The notes beneath the pieces were generated by a model. That model ran no database searches and had not been told where the DNA came from. It saw nothing but the letters and a program-made list of their open reading frames with translations. The position numbers and the translations under genes were made by a program. Source: Candidatus Multivorans sp. (lineage in GTDB: Bacteria; Acidobacteriota; Thermoanaerobaculia; Multivoradales; Multivoraceae). Taken from it: a stretch of 64,000 nt of DNA. The stretch lies in NCBI GenBank assembly GCA_965224025.1, contig OZ245033.1:2816001-2880000 (forward strand), written 5' to 3'. How positions within the stretch are numbered: the first letter of the stretch is position 1; each line of letters starts with the position of its first letter. Shown here one piece after another: positions 30,236-38,868 of the stretch.

Positions 30236-31840
30236 TCACTTGGACTGCTGGAGTTTGGCGAAGGCGGCGGCCATGACGTTCAGGCTCTTCGAATCCGGCT
30301 GGCGTTTGCGGTAGTGCTTGTAGTCCGCCTTCGTCCCGACGAGTTGCGACCCCGGCGGCGCCAGCCCCAGACGACGGCGCTTGCGGTCGATGCTCTCGAC
30401 AATGACCTTGAGTTGGCGCCCGGGCGGGTAGGCGCGCTGCGCCTGGTTGCCCTCTGGGAGGGTGACCGCGGACATCGGCAGCAGACCGGTCAGCCCGGGC
30501 TCGAGTTCGACGAAGATGCCGAAACGCGACACCTGCTCGACCCGACCCTCGACCTCGGCGCCCTCGACGTACTGCTCGCCGAGGTTCTTCCAGGGGTCGT
30601 CCGCCGGCACCTCGCGCAGGGACAGCGCGATCCGGCGCCGCTTGGGCGTCACCTCGACGATCCAGCCCTCGACCTCCTCGCCTTCAGCGAACTCGCGTGC
30701 GCTCATCTGCTTGCCGATCGGGAGTTGGGAGGTGTGCACGAGACCGTCGAGGCCCGGCGCCAGCTCGACGAACAGGCCGAATTCGCTGTGCCGCGCCACC
30801 TTGCCCTTGAACTTGTCGCCGGCGGTGAAGTTCTTTGCCGTCTCCTTCCAGGGATCCGCCTCGAGTGCCTTCATGGACAGCGAGATGCGCGCGCTGCGCT
30901 TGCCGTTCTTCTTCTCGACCTTGGTGACCACGGCCTCTACGCGCTGTCCGACCTTCAACAGGTCGCCGGGCTCACCCGACCGGGTTCGGGAGATCTGGGT
31001 GCGGTGGACGAGGCCGCCGAGTCCGCCTCCCAGATCCACGAAGGCGCCGAAATCGGTTACTGAGGTCACCTTGCCGCTGATCGGCTCGCGGGACTCCTGC
31101 CTGGCGCGGATCTCGTCCAATGCGCGCTTGCGCTCGTTGCGGATGGCCGGTCGCCGGGTGAGCACGATCCGGCGGCCGGCCTCCTTGATCTCGAGGACGT
31201 TGAAGATGTACGTGTTGTTGACGTACTGGGCCGGAGGCTTGGGCCGGTTGCCGAGTTCAATCAGCGACCGCGGGCAGAACGTCGTGACGCCTTCCGAGAC
31301 GATGTGGAAACCGCCCTTGTTCCAGCCGATCACCTTGCCCTCGACCGGGTTCTTCGCCTCGAGCGCGGCGGCGAAGGGGATGGCGGCCGCCGCCAACTCG
31401 ACTTCCGGGGCCTCTTCGGGCTCGGCGTCCGTCTCGGTGGTTGCCGCGGACGCGGCCTCGGTCTCGTCGGGTGCGGCCTCGGCCGCAGGTTCAGGTTCCG
31501 CCTCCGGCTCGGACTCGGGTTCGTGCTCGGCCTCGGCCGTTGCCTGAGCTTCGGTGTCCGTTGGGGCCTCATCCGGTTCGGCCTCGGGCGCGGACTCGGG
31601 TTCGTGCTCGGCTTCGGCCGTTGCCTGGACTTCGGCGTCCGGTTGGGCCTCGCTCGCGGCCTCGTCCTGCTCCGTATCGGTCGACGTTTGTGCTTCGAGT
31701 CCGACGTTCTCGTTCGGCTCGGCCGTTGCTTCTACCTGGTCCATGGGCGCTTCGTCTTGACCTGGTGGGGGCGCCGGCTCAAGGGGCGCCTCGCCCTCTG
31801 CCGGCACCTGAGCGAGCTCTGGATCGTTCGTCTCTGTCAT
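30236..31840 (-). CDS. S1 RNA-binding domain protein (ribosomal S1-like paralog) with acidic disordered N-terminus
   Basis: Four S1 repeats (GKVIGWNKGG; DFGAFVDLG; EFGLFVEL; RFGIFVEL) after about 150 aa of E/A/P-rich sequence. Start trimmed to ATG 31840. Confidence 0.85.
   Translation of the reverse strand: MTETNDPELAQVPAEGEAPLEPAPPPGQDEAPMDQVEATAEPNENVGLEAQTSTDTEQDEAASEAQPDAEVQATAEAEHEPESAPEAEPDEAPTDTEAQATAEAEHEPESEPEAEPEPAAEAAPDETEAASAATTETDAEPEEAPEVELAAAAIPFAAALEAKNPVEGKVIGWNKGGFHIVSEGVTTFCPRSLIELGNRPKPPAQYVNNTYIFNVLEIKEAGRRIVLTRRPAIRNERKRALDEIRARQESREPISGKVTSVTDFGAFVDLGGGLGGLVHRTQISRTRSGEPGDLLKVGQRVEAVVTKVEKKNGKRSARISLSMKALEADPWKETAKNFTAGDKFKGKVARHSEFGLFVELAPGLDGLVHTSQLPIGKQMSAREFAEGEEVEGWIVEVTPKRRRIALSLREVPADDPWKNLGEQYVEGAEVEGRVEQVSRFGIFVELEPGLTGLLPMSAVTLPEGNQAQRAYPPGRQLKVIVESIDRKRRRLGLAPPGSQLVGTKADYKHYRKRQPDSKSLNVMAAAFAKLQQSK
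31511..31651. repeat. Intragenic direct repeat, 81-bp period (QATAEAEHEPES x2)
   Basis: GGACTCGGGTTCGTGCTCGGC(C/T)TCGGCCGTTGCCTG at 31511 and 31592. Confidence 0.75.
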
Positions 31841-32037
31841 GGTGCTGGAGGGAGGAAGCGGGGCCGCGGCTTCGGGCGTGGGCCGAGATTGTAGCAGTCC
31901 GCCGCGGAACAAGGTGTACCCGGGAACGGGACGGGCCCCGACGGAGCGGGGCCCGTTGTGGCCGATCGCCCAATCGGCACGGTGATGCACTCCGTCGAGC
32001 AGATCGAGCGGCGTCGGGCAGATAGGCGCGGCGTAGT

Positions 32038-32505
32038 TCAGGCGATCTCGATCTTCCGTGCCTTGGCCTCCTCGATCTTGGGGACGGCGATGCTCAGCAC
32101 GCCGTTCTCGAACTCGGCCGTGACTGTCGAAGCATCGGCATCGGAAGGAAGGTGAAAGCGCCGGGCGAAACGGCCGTGGACGCGCTCGATGCGGTCCACG
32201 CTCACTCCCTCCCGCTCGATGCGGCGTTCGCCCGAGAGGGTGAGGGTGTGATCCTCGACCGTCAGTTGGACGTCGTTCCGGGACAGACCGGGGAGGTCGA
32301 CCGTCAGTGTGTAGGCGTCTTCGGTCTGCGTGAGGTCCGCGGCGGGTGACCAGGTCATCGCGGCGGACTCGGCGCCGTCGTGGCCCGCGAAGCGGGTCAG
32401 GACCGGTGAGAAGAGGTCGTCGAGCATCGCCTTGCCGAAGAGCGGCTCGAAGGCCCCGATCAGGGGGCGGCGGAAGGGAGTGTGGTGAATCAGGCTGCGA
32501 GTCAT
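32038..32505 (-). CDS. Small heat shock protein Hsp20 (alpha-crystallin family)
   Basis: VDLPGL, LTLSGER, ERVHGRFARRFHLP, AEFENGVLSIAVPK; GGAGG RBS. Confidence 0.93.
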   Translation of the reverse strand: MTRSLIHHTPFRRPLIGAFEPLFGKAMLDDLFSPVLTRFAGHDGAESAAMTWSPAADLTQTEDAYTLTVDLPGLSRNDVQLTVEDHTLTLSGERRIEREGVSVDRIERVHGRFARRFHLPSDADASTVTAEFENGVLSIAVPKIEEAKARKIEIA

Positions 32506-32571
32506 GGGTGCTTATCCTCCATTCGTTGATCTGCGAAACACCGTCGGTTGGTTGAGCCCCGACGGCCAACG

Positions 32572-32608
32572 AGTATGAGTGAAATGCGCGCAGATGTCAA
32601 CTATCTGC
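32572..32608 (-). promoter_or_regulatory. Sigma70-type promoter of hsp20 with an overlapping inverted repeat
   Basis: Minus strand TTGACA (32600-32595), 17 nt, CATACT (32577-32572). GCAGAT-N7-ATCTGC (32590-32608) straddles the -35 box. Confidence 0.65.
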
Positions 32609-32697
32609 CTTGAGACATATCAGATAAGTGGCTTGCTGCACTGCTTCGGCCCCGAACCTCCCCTCGGGCAGCCGATGTCAGTGGCCTGTAACGGCGA

Positions 32698-33498
32698 CTA
32701 GTGGACCGGTTTCCCGGTCCACTGGTTCGGCTTGGTCACGCCGGTGACCGCGCCCAGCGTCGGGCCGATCTCGGCGTGGAGCACGAGGTCGGCAATCCCG
32801 TCGAGGTCGGTGGCTTCGCGGTTCAGGATGACCAGCCTGGCGCCCACCTGCTTGGCGAGGGCGGGGAAGCCGGCGGCGGGGTAGACCACGAGGGAACTGC
32901 CGATCGCCAGGAAGAGATCGGCGGCCAGGGTTGCCTCCTGGGCGCGTCGCATGGCTACCTCGGGCATCGCCTGACCGAACGAGATCGTGGCGGTCTTGAT
33001 GATGCCGCGGCAGGTCTCGCCGGCCAGGTTCTGGCGTGTGCAGACCGGCAGTTCCTCTCGCTCGCGGAACGCGGCCACAATGGGATCGAGCTCGTAGCGC
33101 TGGCGGCACTCGAGGCAGGCGGCGTAGGTTGCGTTGCCGTGCAGCTCGATCACCTCGCCGTCGGGGATGCCGGACTCCTGGTGGAGGCCGTCCACGTTCT
33201 GGGTGATCACGGCCCGCAGCTTGCCCAGGCGGCGGAGTTCCGCGAGCGCAAGGTGGCCGCGGTTCGGCCGCGCCCTGGACATGGTGCGGTCGCTGCCGAT
33301 CTTGCGCCGCCAGGACTCGCGACGCGCCCCCTCGGAGGCGACGAACTCGCCGAAGTCGATCGGCTTGTACTTCGTCCAGATGCCGCCCGGGCCGCGGAAG
33401 TCGGGGATTCCGGATTCGGTGCTGATTCCCGCGCCCGTGAACGCGACAATCCGGGTCGCCTCGTTGATCAAGCGTTCGAATTCCTGCACTTGGCTCAT
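32698..33498 (-). CDS. SIR2-family NAD-dependent protein deacylase (CobB-type)
   Basis: FTGAGISTESGIPDFRG, ITQNVDGLHQ, ELHG, CxxC zinc ribbon, IGSSLVVYPAA. Confidence 0.93.
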   Translation of the reverse strand: MSQVQEFERLINEATRIVAFTGAGISTESGIPDFRGPGGIWTKYKPIDFGEFVASEGARRESWRRKIGSDRTMSRARPNRGHLALAELRRLGKLRAVITQNVDGLHQESGIPDGEVIELHGNATYAACLECRQRYELDPIVAAFREREELPVCTRQNLAGETCRGIIKTATISFGQAMPEVAMRRAQEATLAADLFLAIGSSLVVYPAAGFPALAKQVGARLVILNREATDLDGIADLVLHAEIGPTLGAVTGVTKPNQWTGKPVH

Positions 33499-33575
33499 GG
33501 CGATCTCCCGGTCGTTTCGTTGATCATGTGTCCGAGTTCCTGCACTTGGCTCATCGCGCTCTCCCGATGGTTTGG
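33455..33575 (-). repeat. Diverged tandem duplication (56-bp period) of the sirtuin RBS and first codons
   Basis: TTCCTGCACTTGGCTCAT at 33481-33498 and 33537-33554, with similar flanks. The upstream copy reads MSQVQELGHMINETTGRSP*. Confidence 0.8.
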
Positions 33576-33688
33576 GCCGTATCGCCAGTCTACGGCCTGT
33601 TCTCTACCGACCGGTCGGTCTGTTACACTGCCGGCCGCTCGCATACCAGTTGGATGGACCCGGCGCCGCCGGAGGATAGAGAGTCAGC

Positions 33689-34519
33689 ATGTCTTTCCAT
33701 AGCTTCACAGGCACGGACACCTACCTCGCCGCGCCCGAACTCCGGGACTCGGTGAACGTCTCTGCGGCGCTCGAGAAGCCGCTCCTGGTCCGCGGCGAGC
33801 CCGGTACGGGCAAGACCGTGCTTGCCGAGGCGATCGCGGAGAACCTGGTCATGGAGCTCCTGACCTGGAACATCAAGTCGACGAGCAAGGCGCAGGAGGG
33901 CCTCTACGTCTACGACACGGTGCAGCGGCTCAACGACGCCCGGTTCGGCGACAAGGACATCACGGACATCTCCCAGTACATCAAGTACGGCCCCCTCGGG
34001 CAGTCCTTCCTCGCCGACCAGCGGGTCGTGCTGCTGATCGACGAGATCGACAAGGCGGACATGGAGTTCCCGAACGATCTGCTGCACGAACTGGACCGGA
34101 TGAGCTTCTTCGTCAACGAGACGGGCAGGCGGCACGCCGCCAGGTTCCGGCCGATCGTGGTCATCACGTCGAACAACGAGAAGGAGTTGCCGGACGCCTT
34201 CCTGCGCAGGTGCGTGTTCCACTACATCGCGTTCCCGGACAAGGTCGAGATGGAGAGCATCATCCGGGTCCACCACCCGGACGTCGAGGCAGAACTGCTG
34301 CAGCAGGTTCTGCTGCGGTTCTACTGGCTGCGCGATCTGCCCGAGATTCGCAAGAAGCCGTCCACCAGCGAACTGATCGACTGGATCGCCGCCCTGCGCC
34401 GCGGCGGCGTGAGCACGGACGTGATCGAGAGTGAGCTACCCTTCCTGGGCGTGCTGATGAAGCGGGAGAACGACCTGGAGGCGGTGATGGCTGCGCATCG
34501 CCGCGGCCGGGTGAACTAG
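33689..34519 (+). CDS. MoxR-family AAA+ ATPase
   Basis: GEPGTGKT, LLIDEIDKAD, ITSNNEKELPDAFLRRC. Confidence 0.93.
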   Translation: MSFHSFTGTDTYLAAPELRDSVNVSAALEKPLLVRGEPGTGKTVLAEAIAENLVMELLTWNIKSTSKAQEGLYVYDTVQRLNDARFGDKDITDISQYIKYGPLGQSFLADQRVVLLIDEIDKADMEFPNDLLHELDRMSFFVNETGRRHAARFRPIVVITSNNEKELPDAFLRRCVFHYIAFPDKVEMESIIRVHHPDVEAELLQQVLLRFYWLRDLPEIRKKPSTSELIDWIAALRRGGVSTDVIESELPFLGVLMKRENDLEAVMAAHRRGRVN

Positions 34520-34574
34520 GGTCGAACCGCAGCACCACGCCACAGCCCGATCCGACTCGAACGCAGCCCCAGCC

Positions 34575-35768
34575 ATGTTTGTCGATTTCTTCTACCACTT
34601 GAGAGGCTACGGCCTGAAGGTGACGATCACGGAGTGGCTGGCGCTGATGAAGGCGCTGGGGATCGGCTACAGCCGCGCGGACCTGCACGTCTTCTACAAC
34701 CTGGCCCGTTGCCTGATGGTCAAGCGGGAAGCGGACTTCGACAACTACGATCGCGCCTTCGCGTCCTTCTTCATGGGGGTCGACAACCACTTCGACATCA
34801 GCGACGAACTGCTCGAGTGGCTGTCCAGGCCGGAACTGCCGCGGGAGTTGACCGACGAGGAGCGAGCAAAGCTGCAAGCGCTTGATCTCGATGAACTGCG
34901 CGAGCGCTTCAAGGAACTGCTCGATGAGCAGAAGGAGCGCCACGACGGCGGCAGTCGCTGGATCGGGACGGGCGGCATGTCTCCCTTCGGGCACGGCGGC
35001 GAACATCCCACGGGAGTTCGCATCGGCGGCTCCGGCGGCGGCCGGTCCGCGGTCCAGGTGGCGACCGACCGGCGTTTCCGCAATCTGCGCTCGGACCGCA
35101 TCCTCGACACGCGGCAGATCGGGCTGGCGCTGCGCCGCCTGCGGAAACTCGACAAGGACGAGGGCCCCGAAGAACTGGACATCGACGAGACGATCGACAG
35201 CAGCGCCCGCAATGCCGGCGAGATCGATCTCGTGTTCCGGCCGCCGAAGCGGAACCGGATCAAGCTGCTGCTGCTGATCGACGTCGGCGGGTCGATGGAT
35301 CCCCACACCCTGCTCTGCGAGCGGCTGTTCTCCGCCGCCCACAAGGCGAACCACTTCAAGAAGTTCGAGTTCAAGTTCTTCCACAACTGCGTGTATGAGA
35401 ACCTGTACACGGACATCAGCCGCTGGAAGGGGGCGCCGACTTCCCGGATCCTCAAGCGTCTCGACCACACCTGGTCCGTGTGCCTCGTCGGCGATGCCTG
35501 GATGAGCCCCTACGAGTTGACCCACACCGGCGGCGCGATCGACTACTACCACACCAACCAGGTCACCGGTCTCGACTGGCTGCGCAAGTTCCGCGACCGT
35601 TGTCCGAACTCGATCTGGCTCAACCCGGAACCGCGCCGGATCTGGAACGCGCCGACGATTCACCTGATTCGCCAAGTCTTCCCGATGTTCGAGTTGACCA
35701 TCGACGGCCTGACCGAAGGCATCGACGTCTTGAGAGGGATCCGCCCGAACCGCGCGCTTGCGGCCTGA
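34575..35768 (+). CDS. VWA-domain (CoxE-like) partner protein of MoxR
   Basis: GGSRWIGTGGMSPFGHGG, LLLIDVGGSMDPH (MIDAS-like), VGDAWMSPYEL, WLNP. Confidence 0.88.
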   Translation: MFVDFFYHLRGYGLKVTITEWLALMKALGIGYSRADLHVFYNLARCLMVKREADFDNYDRAFASFFMGVDNHFDISDELLEWLSRPELPRELTDEERAKLQALDLDELRERFKELLDEQKERHDGGSRWIGTGGMSPFGHGGEHPTGVRIGGSGGGRSAVQVATDRRFRNLRSDRILDTRQIGLALRRLRKLDKDEGPEELDIDETIDSSARNAGEIDLVFRPPKRNRIKLLLLIDVGGSMDPHTLLCERLFSAAHKANHFKKFEFKFFHNCVYENLYTDISRWKGAPTSRILKRLDHTWSVCLVGDAWMSPYELTHTGGAIDYYHTNQVTGLDWLRKFRDRCPNSIWLNPEPRRIWNAPTIHLIRQVFPMFELTIDGLTEGIDVLRGIRPNRALAA

Positions 35769-35947
35769 GTCGGCGCAAGGGCGCCGCCGGTTCCAGACCG
35801 CCCGGGAATGGCCTGCCGGCCGTCAGGGTTAGCGCCGCCAAACTCCTCGCAGACTCGGCGTTTGGCCCCATCCCCACCTCGCCAGGAGCTTGCACCACGG
35901 AACTCACGTCGTTGCGTTCGGGTGGCGCAAGCTCCTAGACTATTCAG

Positions 35948-36904
35948 ATGGAGGAGAAACCACCAGCGGAGACCCCGTCCGACGGCCTCGACTCGGTGGA
36001 GAACGAGCCGGATCGCAGTGATCCGATTCTCGATCTGCCGTTGAGCCTGAGCAGGGAGAGCGCCCCCGGCGAACCCACGGGCGCGGGCCCGTACCTTGAC
36101 GGCTCGGCCGAAGATCCGCCGCCGGACCGCTCCGGGACGATAGCCGTCATCGTCATCGCCGGTCTCATTCTCCTTGGCGGCGGTGCGGTGATCTGGTGGT
36201 GGTTCTCCAGCCGCTCCGAGGATCCCGTCGATCCAGACGCCGCGGCTGCGGCCGCCGCGGAGGTCTCCGCTCCCGAACCGAGCGCGGCGACGCCGGCCGC
36301 CGAGCCACCCGCCCCGGAACCGACGGCGCCGCCAGTCCTGTCCGAGAGCGATTCCCTGGTACGGGATGTCGTGGGCGGCCTGTCACAGCATGCACAGTGG
36401 ATGACGTGGTTCGTCCCCGAGGAGCTGGCGATGAACTTTGTGCGCGCGGTCGCAGCCGTCGCCTACGATGAGCCGCCCCAGTCGAGTCTGGAACCGCTGC
36501 AACCGGAGGAGGGCTTCAGCGTCGTGCGGCGTGGTCAACGCTTCTACCCGGCCGAGACGAGCTTTCGCCGCTATGACCTGGCGGTCGAGGTCTTCGATTC
36601 GATCGATGTCGCCGGCGTCTCCCGCGCCTACGAACGTCTGGAACCGCTGTTCGAGCAGGCGCACGATGAACTTGGTTACCCGAACGAGTTCGGCGACACG
36701 CTGGAACTCGCGGTGACCAGGCTGCTGGCGACGCCGACTCCGGACGCGCCGCCGGAACTTCGGTTGCGAGTGATCAGCTTCGAGTACGTCGATCCCGGTC
36801 TCGAGGGATTGAGCCCGGCCCAGAAGCTCCTGTTGCGCCTGGGTCCGGACAACGGCGACCGTGTTCGCGCGAAGGTCAGGGAACTCTACGGGGCGCTGCC
36901 CTAG
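35948..36904 (+). CDS. DUF3014-family membrane-anchored protein
   Basis: TM helix, Pro/Ala linker, LSESDSLVR, RRYD, PLFEQAHDELGYP, LEGLSPAQKLLLRLGPDN. Confidence 0.8.
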   Translation: MEEKPPAETPSDGLDSVENEPDRSDPILDLPLSLSRESAPGEPTGAGPYLDGSAEDPPPDRSGTIAVIVIAGLILLGGGAVIWWWFSSRSEDPVDPDAAAAAAAEVSAPEPSAATPAAEPPAPEPTAPPVLSESDSLVRDVVGGLSQHAQWMTWFVPEELAMNFVRAVAAVAYDEPPQSSLEPLQPEEGFSVVRRGQRFYPAETSFRRYDLAVEVFDSIDVAGVSRAYERLEPLFEQAHDELGYPNEFGDTLELAVTRLLATPTPDAPPELRLRVISFEYVDPGLEGLSPAQKLLLRLGPDNGDRVRAKVRELYGALP

Positions 36905-36917
36905 CCTACCGTAAACA

Positions 36918-36999
36918 ACTGGGTGCGCCGGCCTTCCGGCCGGCATTCGGCGCGCAGCGCCGGCCTTCCGACTGAGAGCCGGCCAGAAGGCCGGCGCAC
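36918..36999. repeat. Inverted pair of REP-like palindromic units between convergent genes
   Basis: GTGCGCCGGCCTTCCGGCCGGC (36923-36944) and GCCGGCCAGAAGGCCGGCGCAC (36978-36999) are reverse complements with 1 mismatch. An identical unit lies at 38636-38657. Confidence 0.85.
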
Positions 37000-37011
37000 G
37001 CAGTCGAGGCC

Positions 37012-38628
37012 CTAGCGCCCGAGGGCTCGGCGCTGCGCTTCGGCGTACCGCGCGAGCATCCGGTCGTAGACCGCGACTGCCTGGGGGCGAGGCGCGGCGG
37101 AAGGACCGGCCTCGCCGGCCGGCGGCAGAGGGTACGGCCTGCGCCCGGTCGCGCGTAGAGCGGCGCCCAGGGCTGCGCCGTCGCTGACCTCGTGCCCCTC
37201 GACGGTGCAGCCCATCACGTCGGCGGCGATCTGGAGCATCTCCCGATTGTGGGAGCCGCCTCCGGTAGCCAGAATCCGGCTGGGCCGGGTCGCCATCCAT
37301 TCCGAGTTGAGCCGCATGGACAGGAACTGCCCTTCGACGACGGCACGGCAGTTCTGAGCTGCGTGCTCCGGCGCATCCTCCAGGCCGTCCAGCCGAACGA
37401 CCCGCGGCGACGCCACGCGCGGGACGATCTCCGGTTCGAACCACGGCAGCATCATCTTGCCGTCGTTCCCGGGCGGAGTTGCCCGCAGCGACTCCTCGAA
37501 GCTTTGCCAGTCGAGACCGTGACGGTCCCGCACCGCTTCGCGCGCCAGCGACCCGTTGCGGAAGCAGATCAGGCTCATCGGATGACCGCTCGGCGCGATG
37601 AACACATGGCCGTTGGCATCGGGATCGACGGCGACATCGTCGAGCAGGCAGAAGTAGGTGTCGCTGGTCCCCAGGCTCAGCACAGCCTCACCCGGCTCGC
37701 GGACGCCGACGCCTACCAGGGAGCAGGGGTTGTCGCCGGAGCCGATGACCGCTTGCGCGTCCGCGGAAAATCCGTAGCGGTCCACGAAGCAGGGAGCGAT
37801 CTCTCCAACGATTGTCCAGGGCGGTTGGGACGGCAGTAGACGCCCGTCCAGCCCTTCGGCGGTGGCGGCAATGGCTGTTTCAGACCATTCCCGCCGCCGG
37901 ATGTCGAGCAGGTTCATGCCCGAACCGTCGCCGTGGTCGATCGGCGCCAGCCGGCCGGCAAGGACGGAGGTGACGAAGGAGCTGACCAGGCAGACGTGTG
38001 CGGTATCGGCCCATGCGTCGGGCTCGGTCCGAGCGAAGCGCCGGATCTGGGGCCCGGTGAAGCGCTCGAAGGCGTCGCTGCCGGTGAGTTCTGCGGTCGC
38101 TGCAGCGCCGCCGAGGGTGCGCCGAATCTCCGCGCACTCCCGCGTGGTGGAGGAATCGGTCCAGATCGGTGCTTCGGTGCGGGCAAGAAGAGGCTCGATC
38201 TGCTCCGCGAGGCCCCGGTCCGGGGTCAGGGACCGAAGGCCGGCCCCGGTTCCCGATCGGAGATAGACGGAGCCATGCTGCTGGCCCGACACCGACACGC
38301 CGCTGATCTTTCCGCACAGGTCGCTGCCCAGTCGTTCGAGCGCCAGGTCCAGAGCCTCAAGCCACATGCATGGTGGTACCCGTCCGATCGCCGGATCATC
38401 GTTGGGGAGCTGGCCGTTGACGGTGCCGAACTGAGGGAGTTCGGAGTCGTAGTGGACGCGTGCGCGCGCGGCGATCTCGAGCGCCCGGTCCTCGGCCTCT
38501 CCGTCGGGCGGCGTCGCCTCAACCAGAATTACGGTCAAGCTCTGTGTGCCGACATCGATTCCGAGGTAGAGGGCCCCACCGCCAGCGCGGTCGTCGCTCT
38601 GCGGTCGCCGCTTCGCGGCGCGTCTCAT
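37012..38628 (-). CDS. xylB: Xylulokinase (FGGY family, eukaryote-like XYLB type)
   Basis: YLGIDVGTQS, SGQQHGSVY, WTDSST, ERFTGPQIR, GSGMNL, GDNP, SLGTSDT, TGGGS. Clustered with xylA; start uncertain. Confidence 0.85.
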   Translation of the reverse strand: MRRAAKRRPQSDDRAGGGALYLGIDVGTQSLTVILVEATPPDGEAEDRALEIAARARVHYDSELPQFGTVNGQLPNDDPAIGRVPPCMWLEALDLALERLGSDLCGKISGVSVSGQQHGSVYLRSGTGAGLRSLTPDRGLAEQIEPLLARTEAPIWTDSSTTRECAEIRRTLGGAAATAELTGSDAFERFTGPQIRRFARTEPDAWADTAHVCLVSSFVTSVLAGRLAPIDHGDGSGMNLLDIRRREWSETAIAATAEGLDGRLLPSQPPWTIVGEIAPCFVDRYGFSADAQAVIGSGDNPCSLVGVGVREPGEAVLSLGTSDTYFCLLDDVAVDPDANGHVFIAPSGHPMSLICFRNGSLAREAVRDRHGLDWQSFEESLRATPPGNDGKMMLPWFEPEIVPRVASPRVVRLDGLEDAPEHAAQNCRAVVEGQFLSMRLNSEWMATRPSRILATGGGSHNREMLQIAADVMGCTVEGHEVSDGAALGAALRATGRRPYPLPPAGEAGPSAAPRPQAVAVYDRMLARYAEAQRRALGR

Positions 38629-38868
38629 CCCGGAAGCCGGCCAGAAGGCCGGCGCACCTGTACCTTTCCGGGATGCATTCTGGCGTGTCGTTGAGAGAGG
38701 TGGAATGGACCAGTAGCCGTCGTGGCTGCGGTAGCTGTGGGAAACCGGCTTGCCGGTTTTCCAAGGTCCGGCGGGAAACGGTCTGCCGTTTTCCGCCGGG
38801 CCGGCAGCTTCCGCAGCCGAGACCGCCGGTCGGTTGCGTCTCCGGCCTGCCGGAGTCACTGAAGGAAA

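Noticed and set aside
32506-32628. ROSE thermometer, or a full CIRCE/HAIR operator, at hsp20
   Set aside because: No U(U/C)GCU anti-SD pairing is seen, there is no CIRCE consensus, and only a HAIR-like half site is present.
32698-35768. Anti-phage system built from SIR2 plus AAA ATPase/vWA
   Set aside because: The sirtuin is a stand-alone zinc-ribbon CobB-type deacylase, divergent from an ordinary MoxR-vWA pair. No defence-type fusions or partners are present.
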